Assembly (NCBI RefSeq): GCF_006345805.1
Contig: NC_043025.1
Coordinates: 2,294,001 to 2,358,000 of the forward strand
Length of the DNA stretch: 64,000 nt
Direction: 5' to 3'
From: Octopus sinensis
Taxonomy: Eukaryota
The translations under genes were made by a program, and so were the position numbers. Positions 24,885 to 37,559 of the stretch are shown in pieces; positions within the stretch are counted from its first letter, which is position 1; each line of letters begins with the position of its first letter. Below the pieces are notes generated by a model, which worked only from the letters and a program-made list of their open reading frames with translations, had not been told where the DNA came from and ran no database searches.

Positions 24885-24890
<6 letters not shown>
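24350..24890 (-). mobile_element. PLE terminal remnant with inverted arms (same family as 17430-18505)
   Basis: 24408-24522 is inverted at 24760-24885; flanked by (TA)n/(GT)n. Confidence 0.8.
24521..24564 (-). ncRNA. Type I hammerhead motif
   Basis: Minus strand: gacta-CTGATGA-ggccacaggagtgtgac-GAAA-gtac-TT-tggtc. A mutated paralogue lies at ~17550-17593. Confidence 0.7.
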
Positions 24891-24920
<30 letters not shown>

Positions 24921-25240
24921 TGCGTGTGTGTACATACACACATCCACCTATATATACCTTATCAAACCCTGATGTATAAACGCACACACTCACTTCCAGG
25001 CCACACATATATTCCCACTTTCTTACACAAAGGCAAACACAAATTGCAAGACAATATGAATTGTATAAGAATGAGGGTAAATAAAGAAGATAAGAGAGAC
25101 ATTTAGTTTGTGGAAATGACATTGGATGACATATCGTGATCTTCTTATGAAGAAGATGACTAACATAAGAGAAAGATGATGATGAAGAATAGGCCGAAGA
25201 AGAAAACAACGATGAAGCAGCAGCAACAACAGTAGTAGTG

Positions 25241-25280
<40 letters not shown>

Positions 25281-25479
25281 AGAAGAAGAAGAAGAAGGAG
25301 AAGATGATGATGTTGATTATGATGATAACGATGATGAGCAACAACAACAGCAACAACGTTAAAACAACAATAAGAGAAGTGGCAGAAAATGTAGGAGCTG
25401 AAGAAAAGAATGATGTAAAAAATAATGAAGAAACGAAGGAGTCTGTCGTGAAGAAAACTTAAATATAATATTTCTGATC

Positions 25480-26165
25480 TTATAATAATTCTGCTTGTCA
25501 TTATGTTAATTAGTCCGTCGGTAACGCTTTCTCGTGATTAGAGAAAAAGAGGGAGAACGAAAAAGAGCGAGAGAGAAATGTCCATGACCTGAGGTAGAAG
25601 GAACGTGACTGTAATGCTTTCACGTCATTAGTTGAATGGAAAGAGAGACCAAGAGAAAGAAAAACGAATGAGAATACGAAAGTAAGTCGAAGAGTGGGGC
25701 AGAAAGAGAAGGAGAGGGAGAAAAGGGGAGACAGAAAAAACCGAGGGAGAAAAAGAGGAAGAGGACATGTGGTAGGGGGAAGGTGATATTTATTACGTGA
25801 CGAAAAAGTTAGTTGAAGGTAGTGATATTGAGGAGGGTTACGAATATAATTTTAGCAGAACGGTGATGTTCTGATGGTGAGATTAAAGGAAGGCAGATAA
25901 TCGATAAAAAGATAGATAGATAGAAAAACTGTAAAAAATGAGAGAAAGGGGAGTGAGAGACAGTGGTAGTGGTGGTAGTGGTTATGGTGGTAATTGTGAT
26001 TGCATAATGCAAAGTAACTTTTGAATTGAACTAAGTATTTTATATCCCCTATCACTTAACGCATGCTCATAACTGCAATTCTGTTAAATTTTCACACTTA
26101 TTTACAGTGTCAAATGTAAGGCGTATATATATATATATGAATAAATTATTTATATATTATATATA

Positions 26166-26205
<40 letters not shown>

Positions 26206-29200
26206 CAATTAAGAAATATACACATTATAATTAAAATATATATATTTCAATTAAAATAAAGTTGGACACAGTAAATTCCATCTCTGCAAGATTCCAGTTG
26301 ATATTGTTACTGCTTCTCATACACTCTGCCGTTAGTTGTGCTTTGTGATACGGCGAGATAGAAATTCGCAGTTTACGGTTATTTGGTCCTTGTTCCAAAG
26401 CTGTGCTTATGAAATAAGCAAATTACAAAACTTGACTGAACAATGGATAAAGGAGATTAGAAGCTACTCGCGAGAGGGCTAGGCACTACAGGCAGCAGAT
26501 AAAAGAACAGCGGTAAGAAACCAGAGAAAGGGACAAATGGTACCAACAGATGAGACGATCTGCAACAGACTAAGAGCAACGCAAGGCATAATTGTTGTGA
26601 GAGAGAATGCGAGACCAAGGTAGAAGACAGGATGAGGAAGAACAAACACAGTACAAGGAACAACAAAGATTGATATTTCAGCGGAGAATGGAAAACATGA
26701 ATGATATGCAGTGTGCGCAGTATCAGGACCAACAGAAAAGCGTAATGTAACAGAGAAGGGAGAATATGGATGATTTGGAAAGGGCTGCTTGTCTCCAAGG
26801 TCAAACAGAGAGACATCAAGATGGAATTGCAAGTATGAATGCTGAACAGGTGTTAAGTTTGCGAGATGAACAGGTGCAACGAAAGCGTGAAGCAAGACAT
26901 GGACTACCACTGAACAAACACAATAATCCTAAACGAACCTATCGTATTGGTGATATGTACTTATATTGCGAGTATTGTGGAGCACTGAACTTTAAATATG
27001 AAAACTTCATGTTCTGTCACAATAATAAAGTGAATTTTCCTCCACTGCAACTAAACCCTCAGACATTGAAGCGTTTGTCTGAGAAAATTACCAAGAGTCT
27101 GCTTCATTTCGAAAACAAACATCAGCAATTACAACTGCATATCTTCCTTTACGTCATTTGGTGTGAAACTCTCTGTGCCGCAAGGAAGAGGTCTACATTG
27201 TTTCTGTATTGTTGTGGAAGGATTCCGACAACCTTCCAATTGACTAAAAGGGAACTGACACATTCCTATTAAATAGACAACTGTCGAGTCTTCAGTAATT
27301 AATTGGTAAATAGTTCACTGTGAGCCATTGACAGAGAGTGTTGGGTAATCGATTCGCGTCGTGTAAATACTTCCTTTCCCCCTTGTTCCTTAAATTAACT
27401 CTACAGACAGAAGCAGAAGAATGCCAGGGAACACGACGCAGAAAAAGGGAAGAAAAAGATTGCTCTCATATTCCAGTGTCTCCACCGTAACGGATAAGAA
27501 ATAAGAGAAAAAATGTCAAGAAGGAGACCATGTTGTGGTCTACATTTTAAAAGTAACTGCCCGTTTAAAATCCAAAAACGAAATTTTATCAAAACGTTTC
27601 AGTGAAAGAAGTTCTCTGCTAAATAGTTGAGGATAGTTTTATATTTTGTCCCAAAACATGAAGATTTCGTCACCTGTGCCGAGGCTGTTAACGGAAAGTG
27701 TAAATAATTCAAATTATATGTATTAAGATGCTGTTCAAATGCATATTTTTTGTTTAAGGCCTAACTGCAAGCAAAGATGGAAATATATGTTCACGGATGT
27801 CAACAAAATTAGAACTGGACAAAAAGTAACTCTACAAACAGAAGCAGAAGAATGTCAGAACTACCCGCAGAAAAATGAAGAGAAGCGACGCCCAAAACGA
27901 AATTGAAGAAAAAGATTGATCGCATATTCCAGTGTCTCCACCGTAACGGATAAGAAATAAGAGAAACAAATGTGAATATCGAATCCATGTTGTGGGTGCG
28001 GTGGTCAACATTTTAAAAGTAATTGCCCGTTTAAAAATATAAAAGGCGTCAAATGTGGCAAGATAGATCATAAAAAAATCACACTATAGAACAAACCTGG
28101 AAGACCAAAAGACGAACAGCCTCAAGGGAAATTTGTGGACGTAAAGTTGCAACTAGTTAAGGGCAGTGATATCTCGATAATTAACACAGATACATAGAAA
28201 AAAAAGAAGACCTAGATTAAAAGACATTTCGAAAATTGCAGGTGGTATTCAGGAAAATAATTCATTTTAATGGGCGTAATGATAAATCACGTTCCATTTC
28301 GTTGAAAAACCTTAAAAACCAAGGTTTTGTGTTGAATAATATCACAAATTTATCGGAACACTGAACAGAATTGTTTAATTATGGGAACTCCCCATAAATC
28401 TTTTCAGTAAAAATGTGAATGGTTTTCTTGCCAAATACAAATAAATCGTCGACTATTTGTAGAAATAATTTTAAAAGATTTTTTCTGAAGTTCTCTCTGA
28501 TAAATTAGATCTCAGCATCACAACGAAAACGAAGTTCCAAGTAAAAGTAAATGCCAAACCGGTATTAAAATATAAACGAACTGTAACTTTGGCATCGTTG
28601 GAACAGATAAACTTTTGCATCGTTAGAAACAAATAATCAAAATCAGAGTGTATGCTGATTTTTTCCACTGGTTTAAATGAATGTCTTAAAACGTTCCACT
28701 ACCAGCTACCTACCCTGGGGGATATATTTGTAAAATTAGACGGTGGCAAGGTATATTCTTAATTCGATATCTCTGATGCGTACCTACATATTAGAGTAGA
28801 CGATGAATGCTATAAATACCTAAAAATTAATGCACATATATACACAACATGTTACTATGTGTCTGAAATGTCACACCGGTGATTTTTCAACAGCTTATGG
28901 ATGCAGTGTTAGCGGATAGTGAATTTGCATTTCCATATCTGGATGATATACTCATTAAAAGCGAATCACGGGATCAACATGTAGAGCACGTAATATATAT
29001 GTTCGAAAAAATTAGGGATTACATTGAAAAAGAAAGCGTGAATTTTCTTCTTAACAAAAATAAAATTGGACAAACAATTGAAAGAAATGGACGAGGACCA
29101 GATCCGTTGAAGGCAGACGCAATTAAATACATGCCCCCCCCCGACAAATATAAGGACCTTACATGATTGCTTTGGAGACAGGCTAATTATTACCAAACTT

Positions 29201-32200
29201 ATATTCTAAATATGCATAGGGTAAGTGTTACAGTAGATTATGTATTTAAAAAATGTCAATTGAAATTGCTCTGAAAATTGTCAAAGGGAATTCGACGAAA
29301 TTTTAAAATATTAACATCTGATTTGTTGTTAGCACGATTCTGTAGCGGAGAATGTTGTAACTTCAGATGCCTCTGAATACTGTACTGGCGCAGTAATGCT
29401 ACATAAATAAAAAGATGGTAACATGAAGGCGGTGGTTCTTGATATCAGCAGAAAATATTACAGCCAAATCAAAAAAGAGGCTCTTGTAATTATTTTTGCA
29501 GTAAAAATTGCATAGATTTTTACACGGCAGAAGTTTTTGAATACAGACAGATCATCGTCCGTTATTATCAGTATATGAGTAAAAGAAATAAATATCTAGC
29601 CGTACTGCTAATAGGCTGCAGCACTGGGGTACTGTATTATTAAACTATGAATTTAAGATAGAGTATATACTATCTAAAAAATTAGGACACGCTAATTGTT
29701 TATCAAGACCGAGTTCAGAAAATGCTGAACCATTTGAAGATACCGTGATTGCTACTTTGCGAGCGGAAAATGAAATTAAATGCAAACGGTATAACTCCAT
29801 GCGTGAACTGCTATTTACGTTACAAGACATAAAATTACAATTGGGAAACGATATATTCATTACAAAATGAAAGAAATGCAGAAGTGTTAAAGAGATAAAA
29901 GATATTCGAGCCTATCACGAGGTGTGACAATGTGCTGATGTATGCACAAAGAGTCGTAGTGCCAGCCACACTACAAAAGCAATTACTAAAGGAATTTCAT
30001 ATTGAGTCAAAGGGATTTCGATAATGAAATCGTTAATGAGAATTTAGGTATACTGGCCAACAACGGACTGTAACGTTGAAGATATAGTGATAGTATGCAA
30101 TACGCTGTTCTCTAGCTCCAAATACACCCTTCACGAAATGGCACCCGTGGCCAAAATCACTTAAGGTTTCATATCACTTCATTGTGGGGGAGTGTTTTTC
30201 AACGTTGTCTGAAGTGCATAAATGTAGAAAGCCGACATCTCTGGTAACAGTGATATTCGATCTTTGTCAGAAAGATCAGATCCATCTTTGATCAGCCGAT
30301 ACCGAGTGAAAATATAAAAAAAGGAACAATATTTCAAAATTCTTCAAGTTAGGTGACAATGTTTTTTAAAGTCATATAGATATCGTAAACAAGGCTGGGA
30401 GGATGGTACAATTATTAAATAAATTGCAAGAATGATATTCCTGGTAAAAGGTAAAACAATTATCGAACATAAAAGACTTATTAACCAACTTAAAACCTGA
30501 TTCAAGGAAAAATCAGACAAAAGAAGTGAATTTCTCATGAAAAAATTGCACGACACGTTTGAGGTACCAACACAGAAACAATTTGTAATTACACGTTCTT
30601 GCACCAGAAAACGAAACGAATGGAAACACAAGAATTGAGCCCTAAGCATAAGAGATATTAAAACTCTGAGCGACTTTAATTCTCAAGTGGAGAATTTAGG
30701 GGAGACTAATTCTATAAAGGGGAGATGCTGTGGAAAGATTCTGACAACCTTCCAAGTGACTAAAAGTGGTCTGACACATTTCCATTACATGGAGAACTGT
30801 CTAGTCGTAAGCAATTGATTGTGAACACTTGATTGGTAAGCATTTCCCTATGATCCGTTGGCAGAGAGCGTCGAGTCTCACGTAATAGTAATCGTATTGC
30901 GTCGTGTAAACAGCTTCGTTCAATTATATATCCAATACCAGGATATAGAACGTATTCAGGGCCAAACTTAGCACAACACTACGAACTGTCAATGGTCGCC
31001 TGCAGTACAGTCAGTTGTATATTATTAATGCATCAAAGAGTGGAAGCAAGTCAGAACTCCCAAAGCTCTTCTCAAAGAATGGGTGTCATGTGCAACAAGT
31101 AAATCCTTAGGCTGAGTTATATGGGAACATGCACTTAATTGAACAACAAAGAGATGGAAGTGCCAGGAGTGAAATGTACAATTACGAAAGTGTGAAATAC
31201 ATTTCAAAAGAACGGGATATATAAGGCGCTACAATTTTCCCCTAGCAATGAAATAAACTGCACCCTGAAAACCCTAATTGCCATGAGAGAGAAAATAATC
31301 TGCAGCGAAATAAGACTTTTGAAAACGATATATCATTGAATTCTGAAGGATATGGTGGACAGACATGTATTTGATGTAAGAGTTACTCATGTCCGTGTCA
31401 TTTAGTTTCAAAAGAGAGGACTTCCACACTGCCATATGCTCGTAGACAAAGTGAAGATCAGAGATGATATAGACAGAATGGTACCAGCAGAAATTTCTGA
31501 TTCAAATGATGACCCCGTCTTACATGATTTAATTTTAAAAAATTCATGAGACTTAGACCTTGTGGTGTTGATAACCCCTCATCGCAATACATGGGGAATG
31601 GCTCTTGCCAAACAAAGTTTCTCAAGAACAACAGAAATGAGACACTACTAAATATTAATGGATATCCAGAGTACAGGAGGCACAATAAAGGGATCACATC
31701 ACAAGTTGGATGCCATTCTTTTAACAACTGGTATGTCGTTCCATACTATGCTTACCTATTAAAGAAATTCCGAGCTCATATCAACGTTGAAGTTTGCTCA
31801 TCTGTAAAAATGTCAAGTATATATGCAAGTATGTCTAAACGGCGGTCGTGATAGCGCTTCAGTTGAAGTAAGGAATGATGCAGTTGCAGAAGTGGACAGA
31901 CTCAGCAACCCCAAGGCTAAATCAGAAATTATTTTGCGTGTTGATATGTTTCACCTTCTGAAGCCATGTGGAGAATGCCTACGTACAAGCTGCATGACTC
32001 GTCCCACACTGTCTACAGTTTAGCAGTTCACTCTCACTGCATGGTTCAAACTGAATGAGCACGATTAACGGAAGTACTTGTACCCTAACATTCCTATGCG
32101 TTATGTGTTTAATGAACGTCCAAAAACCATGAACACTCAGGAGAAAAATCAATACCATCGGCTGCAGAATGAACACAGTGAGTCCTAAGGACGTAAAAAA

Positions 32201-32740
32201 AATTTCATTTACGATTGCTATTTCGGATGTTCCAGGTGCTGAGCGCTTTGAGAAGTGAGCACTGTAGGAGGTGAAATCTATGCAACATTTAAAGATGCGT
32301 ACATATGAGTTGGTCTCCTCCAAAATGATGAGGGTTTGGAGCATACTATACTTGAAGCTGCTGCGTATCGGATGCCATTTCAGTTGCGTATTACGTTTGC
32401 TGTCCTCTGAAACTATGCAAATCCTTGCAATGTTCTTCGCCTCTGGAATACTGACAAGAATTCTATGATGGAAGATTATGCTCACCGAGGGTTGAATGCA
32501 GACTCTACACTTCATAAATTCTGTGTTAATTGAAAATGGCATTAGCTGGTTTAATATTAGCTTCTTGAACCAATTGGAATGTAACGGGTTGAGCAGAAAG
32601 ATGACATGAAGCACCCACTCATTGCAACCCTTACCAACGAGAAGAAAGGGATCGCCGATGCAGTCATTAAAGACATTGGAAAGAAAAGGTTGAGGTGAGA
32701 TGCTGGAATCTTTCTATTTCTCTGCTGATGTTCCCAGAGG
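25480..32740 (+). mobile_element. Decayed autonomous Helitron (5' non-coding part + RepHel fragments), split by a Gypsy insertion
   Basis: IGDMYLYCEYCGALNFKYE..CHNNKV (~26940-27040), GRGLHCF before and QYSQLYIIN after the Gypsy, FQKRGLPHCHML Rep motif (~31405-31440), and PEYRRH..NNWYVVPYYAYLLKKFRAHINVEVCSSVK. Confidence 0.88.
27210..30978 (+). mobile_element. Gypsy/Ty3 LTR retrotransposon, old and internally deleted
   Basis: LTRs start tgttgtggaaggattccgacaaccttccaa (27210) and tgctgtggaaagattctgacaaccttccaa (30726, after the PPT aaaggggaga), ending ...aaca 30978. Also gag knuckle CCGCGGQHFKSNCP, RT FPYLDDILI, RNase H SDASEY and YSQIKKEAL, and the integrase N-terminus RVVVPATLQKQLLKEFH. Confidence 0.88.
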
Positions 32741-32744
32741 CTGT

Positions 32745-35400
32745 AACTTCATAAATTCCACTTCAATCCGTACACTTCTGTAAATTTCTTATTTACTTTT
32801 GCAACGTTTTGTGTTTTGTGTTTGTTGTTGTTGAAGGAATTACTGATAAATGTAATTTCATAATTTACTGCCAGGAGTAACTTCAAACATTTCACTTAAA
32901 CCCCGCGCACATAATTAATTTCCTAAAAATTTCTTATTTACCACATTTGTTTTCAAGTAACCCTCTGTTTTAATTTCCGGTTTCATAGGATTATGCTTCG
33001 TCATTCATACGTACCATCCTTGCTACATTCACCCATCTTTCTAAAACATTCATAGACAAAACTTGCCTCTCTGCTCTCACTTTTTTTTCAAGTGATACTT
33101 GAAGAGATGATACAAGAAGATGTTGAGAGATTGACCAGAGAGGAAAGTGTTTGTCTCCAATCCTTTCATACGCGTCCACCAGATACATTATTTCGCCATA
33201 TGATGAAAATAGCTCTTCCTTTCTGCTTGAAAGAAAGAGGCGTGACAATATTGACGATAGACTCGGCTGTTTAACCGACTCGTCCCACACGTGACAGAAG
33301 TTGTTCGACATAAGCCCACAGTTCGGAAATGTTTGGACACTGCACGAGTGCGTGCAGAAACTTTCGTCATTCTGACCGCATCTCGGGCAGGTCGGCCCCG
33401 TGTTCCTCGAGCCGTGTCTGTAGAGCTTATCCCGAAGGAGTAGCGCTTCTCAGTAGCACTGCCAGGAAAAGGATCTCTGGATGCTGTGAATGGGCGCTGG
33501 CCCGAAAGTCGTCCTGAACAGGCGGGTCAGATATTCCTCGTCGACGTCCAGGTTCGCCCCGAGCTCGTCGTCCCACCTCCCCTCCACTAATCCCCTATAG
33601 AATGCTTTGGTTGTGTTGATGTCACTCATGGTCGACCCGGGACGGCATAGTTGCTTGACAGCAACGGGACACTCGCGGTGCCATTCGCACCTTCTCGGCC
33701 TCTTTTTGATCCACGGCTGCAGTTCGGTCATGGAGATGAGTTCACACCTGTTCACCGTCGTCTACGTAGAGCCTGAGATTTCGCAGTCTCAGCGCGTGTC
33801 TGCGCATCATCAACCACGGTATGCCCAGCCCTCCTTTTAACGGGTGTTGACAGCAAATGTATCGCCTGACCATCGGGACGCATCCTTTCCTCAAGACGCG
33901 AAAGAGAATGCGTTCTAGTTTGGTGCTAGTAGGGTCGGGACAAGGCACGACGGTCAGGCGGTTGTAGATGACGTACGCGATGTACGAGTTCGCCACCTCC
34001 GCCCGACATTTTAGGGACAATTTTTCTCGGCCCATTGCCGGGCGAGAGTGGCCACCCTGCTCATTATCTCGTTCCACTTTTTCTCCATTTGGAGGTCTCG
34101 CCCAAACCAGACCCCGAGAAACTCGACCGGACCGCCGTCCAGCGTCCCACGACGGAGGCGCTGGTGGACTGCATGGGCTTGCTTCTCCAGGTGCCGAGTC
34201 GCAAGCCCACTGATTTTCCCGGTTGATTACGGCTCCTGTCACCGCAAACGTAGTCTTTCAGTGTCTCACCGACATGCTCGACATGCTCGTGGCTAGACAC
34301 TATGACGGGTCGTCGTCCGCGTATGCCGACACGCTCGTCACGAATCCCAATTCTCGGTGGATGACCCTCATAGTTGGCAGCTTCCGTAATAATGGCTCGA
34401 GAGTCAATGCGTTCAGAAGCGACGAGGGAGGCATCCCTGACGGACATAACGTGCAATGTCTAAAGGTTTCTATAGAAGTCCATTTACACGAATTACCGTA
34501 CGGATGCTGTGTACAAAGCGGCTATCCAGCCGCGGAAGACGGGACCGAATCCAGCCTCAGAGGACAGCTTCCAAGTATCGATGGTCTACCCTATCGAAAG
34601 CTTTCGATTGATCCAAATTGATCTGCGCTCCACCCGTACCAGATTCCTTAACTACCCTGTCTATGATGTAGCGCATCAGGTGGCGGTCGTCATGGATGCT
34701 CCGGCCCGGCACGGCGCACGTTTACGCCTTGTCGACCAGTTTCTCGATGACAAGCGCCAACCTCTTGGCTAACACATTGGCCAAAATTTTCAAGTCTGCA
34801 TTCAGCAGAGTAATGGGCCCAAAGTTATCTATAACATTCCCCTTGTTTAGATCTTTCTTCAGCAGTGTTACGGCTCCTCGGATCACAAAACCAGGAATGC
34901 TCCAGTTTTGCTGCCAGTTGCAGTACACCGCTGCCAAGACGTCTCCAAAATGTCTGGCATACAACTGTAAAGCTCGTGGTGTAGACAAACAAAACCCGTC
35001 GATTTGTCTCTCGAGCATTCTGCTATCGCGTCCTGCACTTCCGCCGCCCTGATGGCACCTTCGCAGCGCCCTGCCTCTCTTGTCGAGAATCGTGGTAGGC
35101 TGTGTAGGTAGGTACCGAAGTCCACCCTAAGTTCTTGCTCGCCACTAGTCCCGAACAGTCGGGCAAAATGCTGTTGGAAGGCCTCACACATTTTACTTGG
35201 CTCGAGCAATTCGCGCCCCTGTTCATCTACCAGAGACTGAATGGTGCCATTGTTGCCCTGTTGCGCCTCTGCCACCCGGGCTTCTCTCGCGGCTCTAACG
35301 CCTTCGATCATTAGAGCACGCATCATAGATCTGACAACACACCCTTCGTGTTTGTCGTTGAAGTGTTGGTCGAGGGCCAACCTCGCCGCCAAAACGTCGG
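32745..35400 (-). mobile_element. 5'-truncated L1/Tx1-type LINE (ORF2 RT to C-terminus), degraded
   Basis: NFGPITLLNADLKILA, LDQSKAFDRVD, QGC and SAYADD motifs and KLSLKCRAEVAN. C-terminus stops at 32991, followed by a 3' UTR. Confidence 0.92.
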
Positions 35401-35892
35401 ATAGATAGATAGATAATTTAGATAGAGCGAGAGAGACAGATAGAAACATACAAAGATACATACATACATACTTATATATACATACATACTTAGATAAAAA
35501 GAATAATTTTAAAAATCGGTATGCTAATCACGTAGCCATCTTCCGACATCAGGACACAAGCAAAGCTAAGTTCGCTGCCTATTCTTTATTAACATTTTGT
35601 AATCTTTCCAGCCCTTTAATTTAAGAGCTAAAAAGGATTACACTTTCACCTTTTCTACTTTTTCATTTTTAGATTTTTGTGTTTTCATTTTCTTTTTTTT
35701 TTAACTTTCTACATTTTCTATATGCTATATTCTCAGTTTTCTCAAGTTTCTTCTCTTATTCATTTTTCTTTAGTTCGTAATGATATGTTGTTTGTGCCTG
35801 GTGTATTTGTTTGAGATATCCCCCAACATATGAAACTGAACTTAAAGTCAGGTACTGTGTCCATTAAATAAATAAATAGTATAATATGTTGT

Positions 35893-36098
35893 TGTTCATT
35901 CTCGAGCCATGCCTGGCTCATAAGGGACGGGGCACTGGACCTCTGCCGGTGAGCTGCTAGAAGTAGGAGGAAAGAGTGAGAGAATGTGGTGGAGCTGAGG
36001 AGTTCCGCTCATAAACAAACATCGCATAATCTGAGATTCGAAACCGCGATCCCTCGAGCGCGAGTCTGCTGCTCTAACCACTAGAACTTCTGCCTCCA
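35893..36098 (-). mobile_element. tRNA-derived SINE (paralogue 61220-61475 +)
   Basis: Minus-strand head ttctagtggttagagcagcagactcgcgctcgagggatcgcggtttcgaatctcag. Confidence 0.75.
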
Positions 36099-36139
36099 TA
36101 TATATATGCTCATGTGCCTCCATATATATATACATATAT

Positions 36140-37520
36140 ACACGATGTTGGACCCGGCTTTACTCGTGTTTTCCGTTTAGAAGTTAAGCCCACCTCTGAC
36201 CTTGTATTGAAATCTTCTACATTCCCTCTACCAACTGTTACCAATTAAGATGTTATATCTGATTCGGCAGCCATTTTACCCGCTTAACGCTTTTGACATA
36301 CTCCTACATACTGGACCGTCTGAAATAGCAGTGAAACGTTTGGGTGTACTTCGAAACTTTGATTGTGATGTCTGTTTATTTCTCCCCCCTGAATGTCATT
36401 CTTGGTACAAAATTAAGCAGTGTGTCCAATCTGAGTAAAATCTAAAGAAAAGTGGTAAGGTTATGTCATAAAATAGAATCCATGTGACCATTTACATGAA
36501 AATATTCCATTGACATTTTAATCTCAATACGTTATATAAATAACCGACGTTTTATATGTCGAAGTGCTTAATTTTACTCACTGTTCAATTTTCTTCAAAA
36601 TCAGTTCATTATTTTATTGTGAATGATTTTGACGATTTCTGCCTTTCATAATTTTAATTTTAATGTCTACTACATGAATCAGGCCTAAACTTTACCTAAA
36701 AGTCGAAGTTCATCAAAAATCGGATGAATGTGTAAAAAGTTACAGCATAAAATACTAATCCTATGGGTGATTGCATACAATAAGCCGATTGATATTTTAA
36801 AACGCAGTTATCGATTTTTTATCAACTCTTCATCTGGTATCAACTAATGGACATGAACTGTAATCACGTGTAAAATTTCTACAAAATCTTTTTAAGATGT
36901 CTGTAAGGAAATGCTTATGTACATTATGCCCTTTTCAGCTCTTTTGAATTAAATAAATACATGTCCCGTATTCCTCACCAATCATTTACCTACACTTCTT
37001 ATTTCATTAAAAGCGGATGAAAAATATGTAATTTACGGCCAAAAATATAACCCCCATGGGTATTTGCACGCAAAACGTCTATTGATTTTATAAAACCACT
37101 GCTCCGGCGCAATTACCAATTTGTTTCTCAACATCATATACTGATATCAACTCACTGCCATGAGCCTTGCTCACTCATCGACTTTCATTAAAGTTGGACA
37201 AAAAATGCAAAAGCTGCTGGGAAAATAACATCGTTATGGGAATATGCGAGGTTAATGAACAAAATTTTAAAATGTCGCCATTGTTTTCAAATTAGGTTTC
37301 ACATTTTGTGTGAAAAAATGTGTGGATCACAATGGTGATCACCGATTTCCAAAATTTTTCTGTTAATACTTTTGTTAATGCCTCGTTAAAAAGCATTGGC
37401 CAAAATCGGTACCGCTTGGGATTGGGGATTTGAAAAAAATGAAAACACATTCAAACAATTTTTAAAGACCTTCCTGCCATCATTTCAAGCGTTGCGGTGA
37501 AAAAAAATTGAAAATCTTCA
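36140..37520. repeat. Non-coding repeat 'Y' with internal sub-repeats (possibly a non-autonomous Helitron/Helentron-type element)
   Basis: Recurrent ttcatcaaaaatcggatgaa...cctatgggtgattgca units (~36710, ~37005, ~37185). Copies at 6903-7560, 40600-40990 and 59900-61190. Confidence 0.55.
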
Positions 37521-37559
37521 CCAGAGCGAGTGCAGGAGTGGCTCTGTGGTAAATAGCTC

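Noticed and set aside
22455-25501. Poly-Ile/Met/Leu/Thr ORFs resembling membrane proteins
   Set aside because: Translations of trinucleotide microsatellites (AAT, GAT, TAG, GAA).
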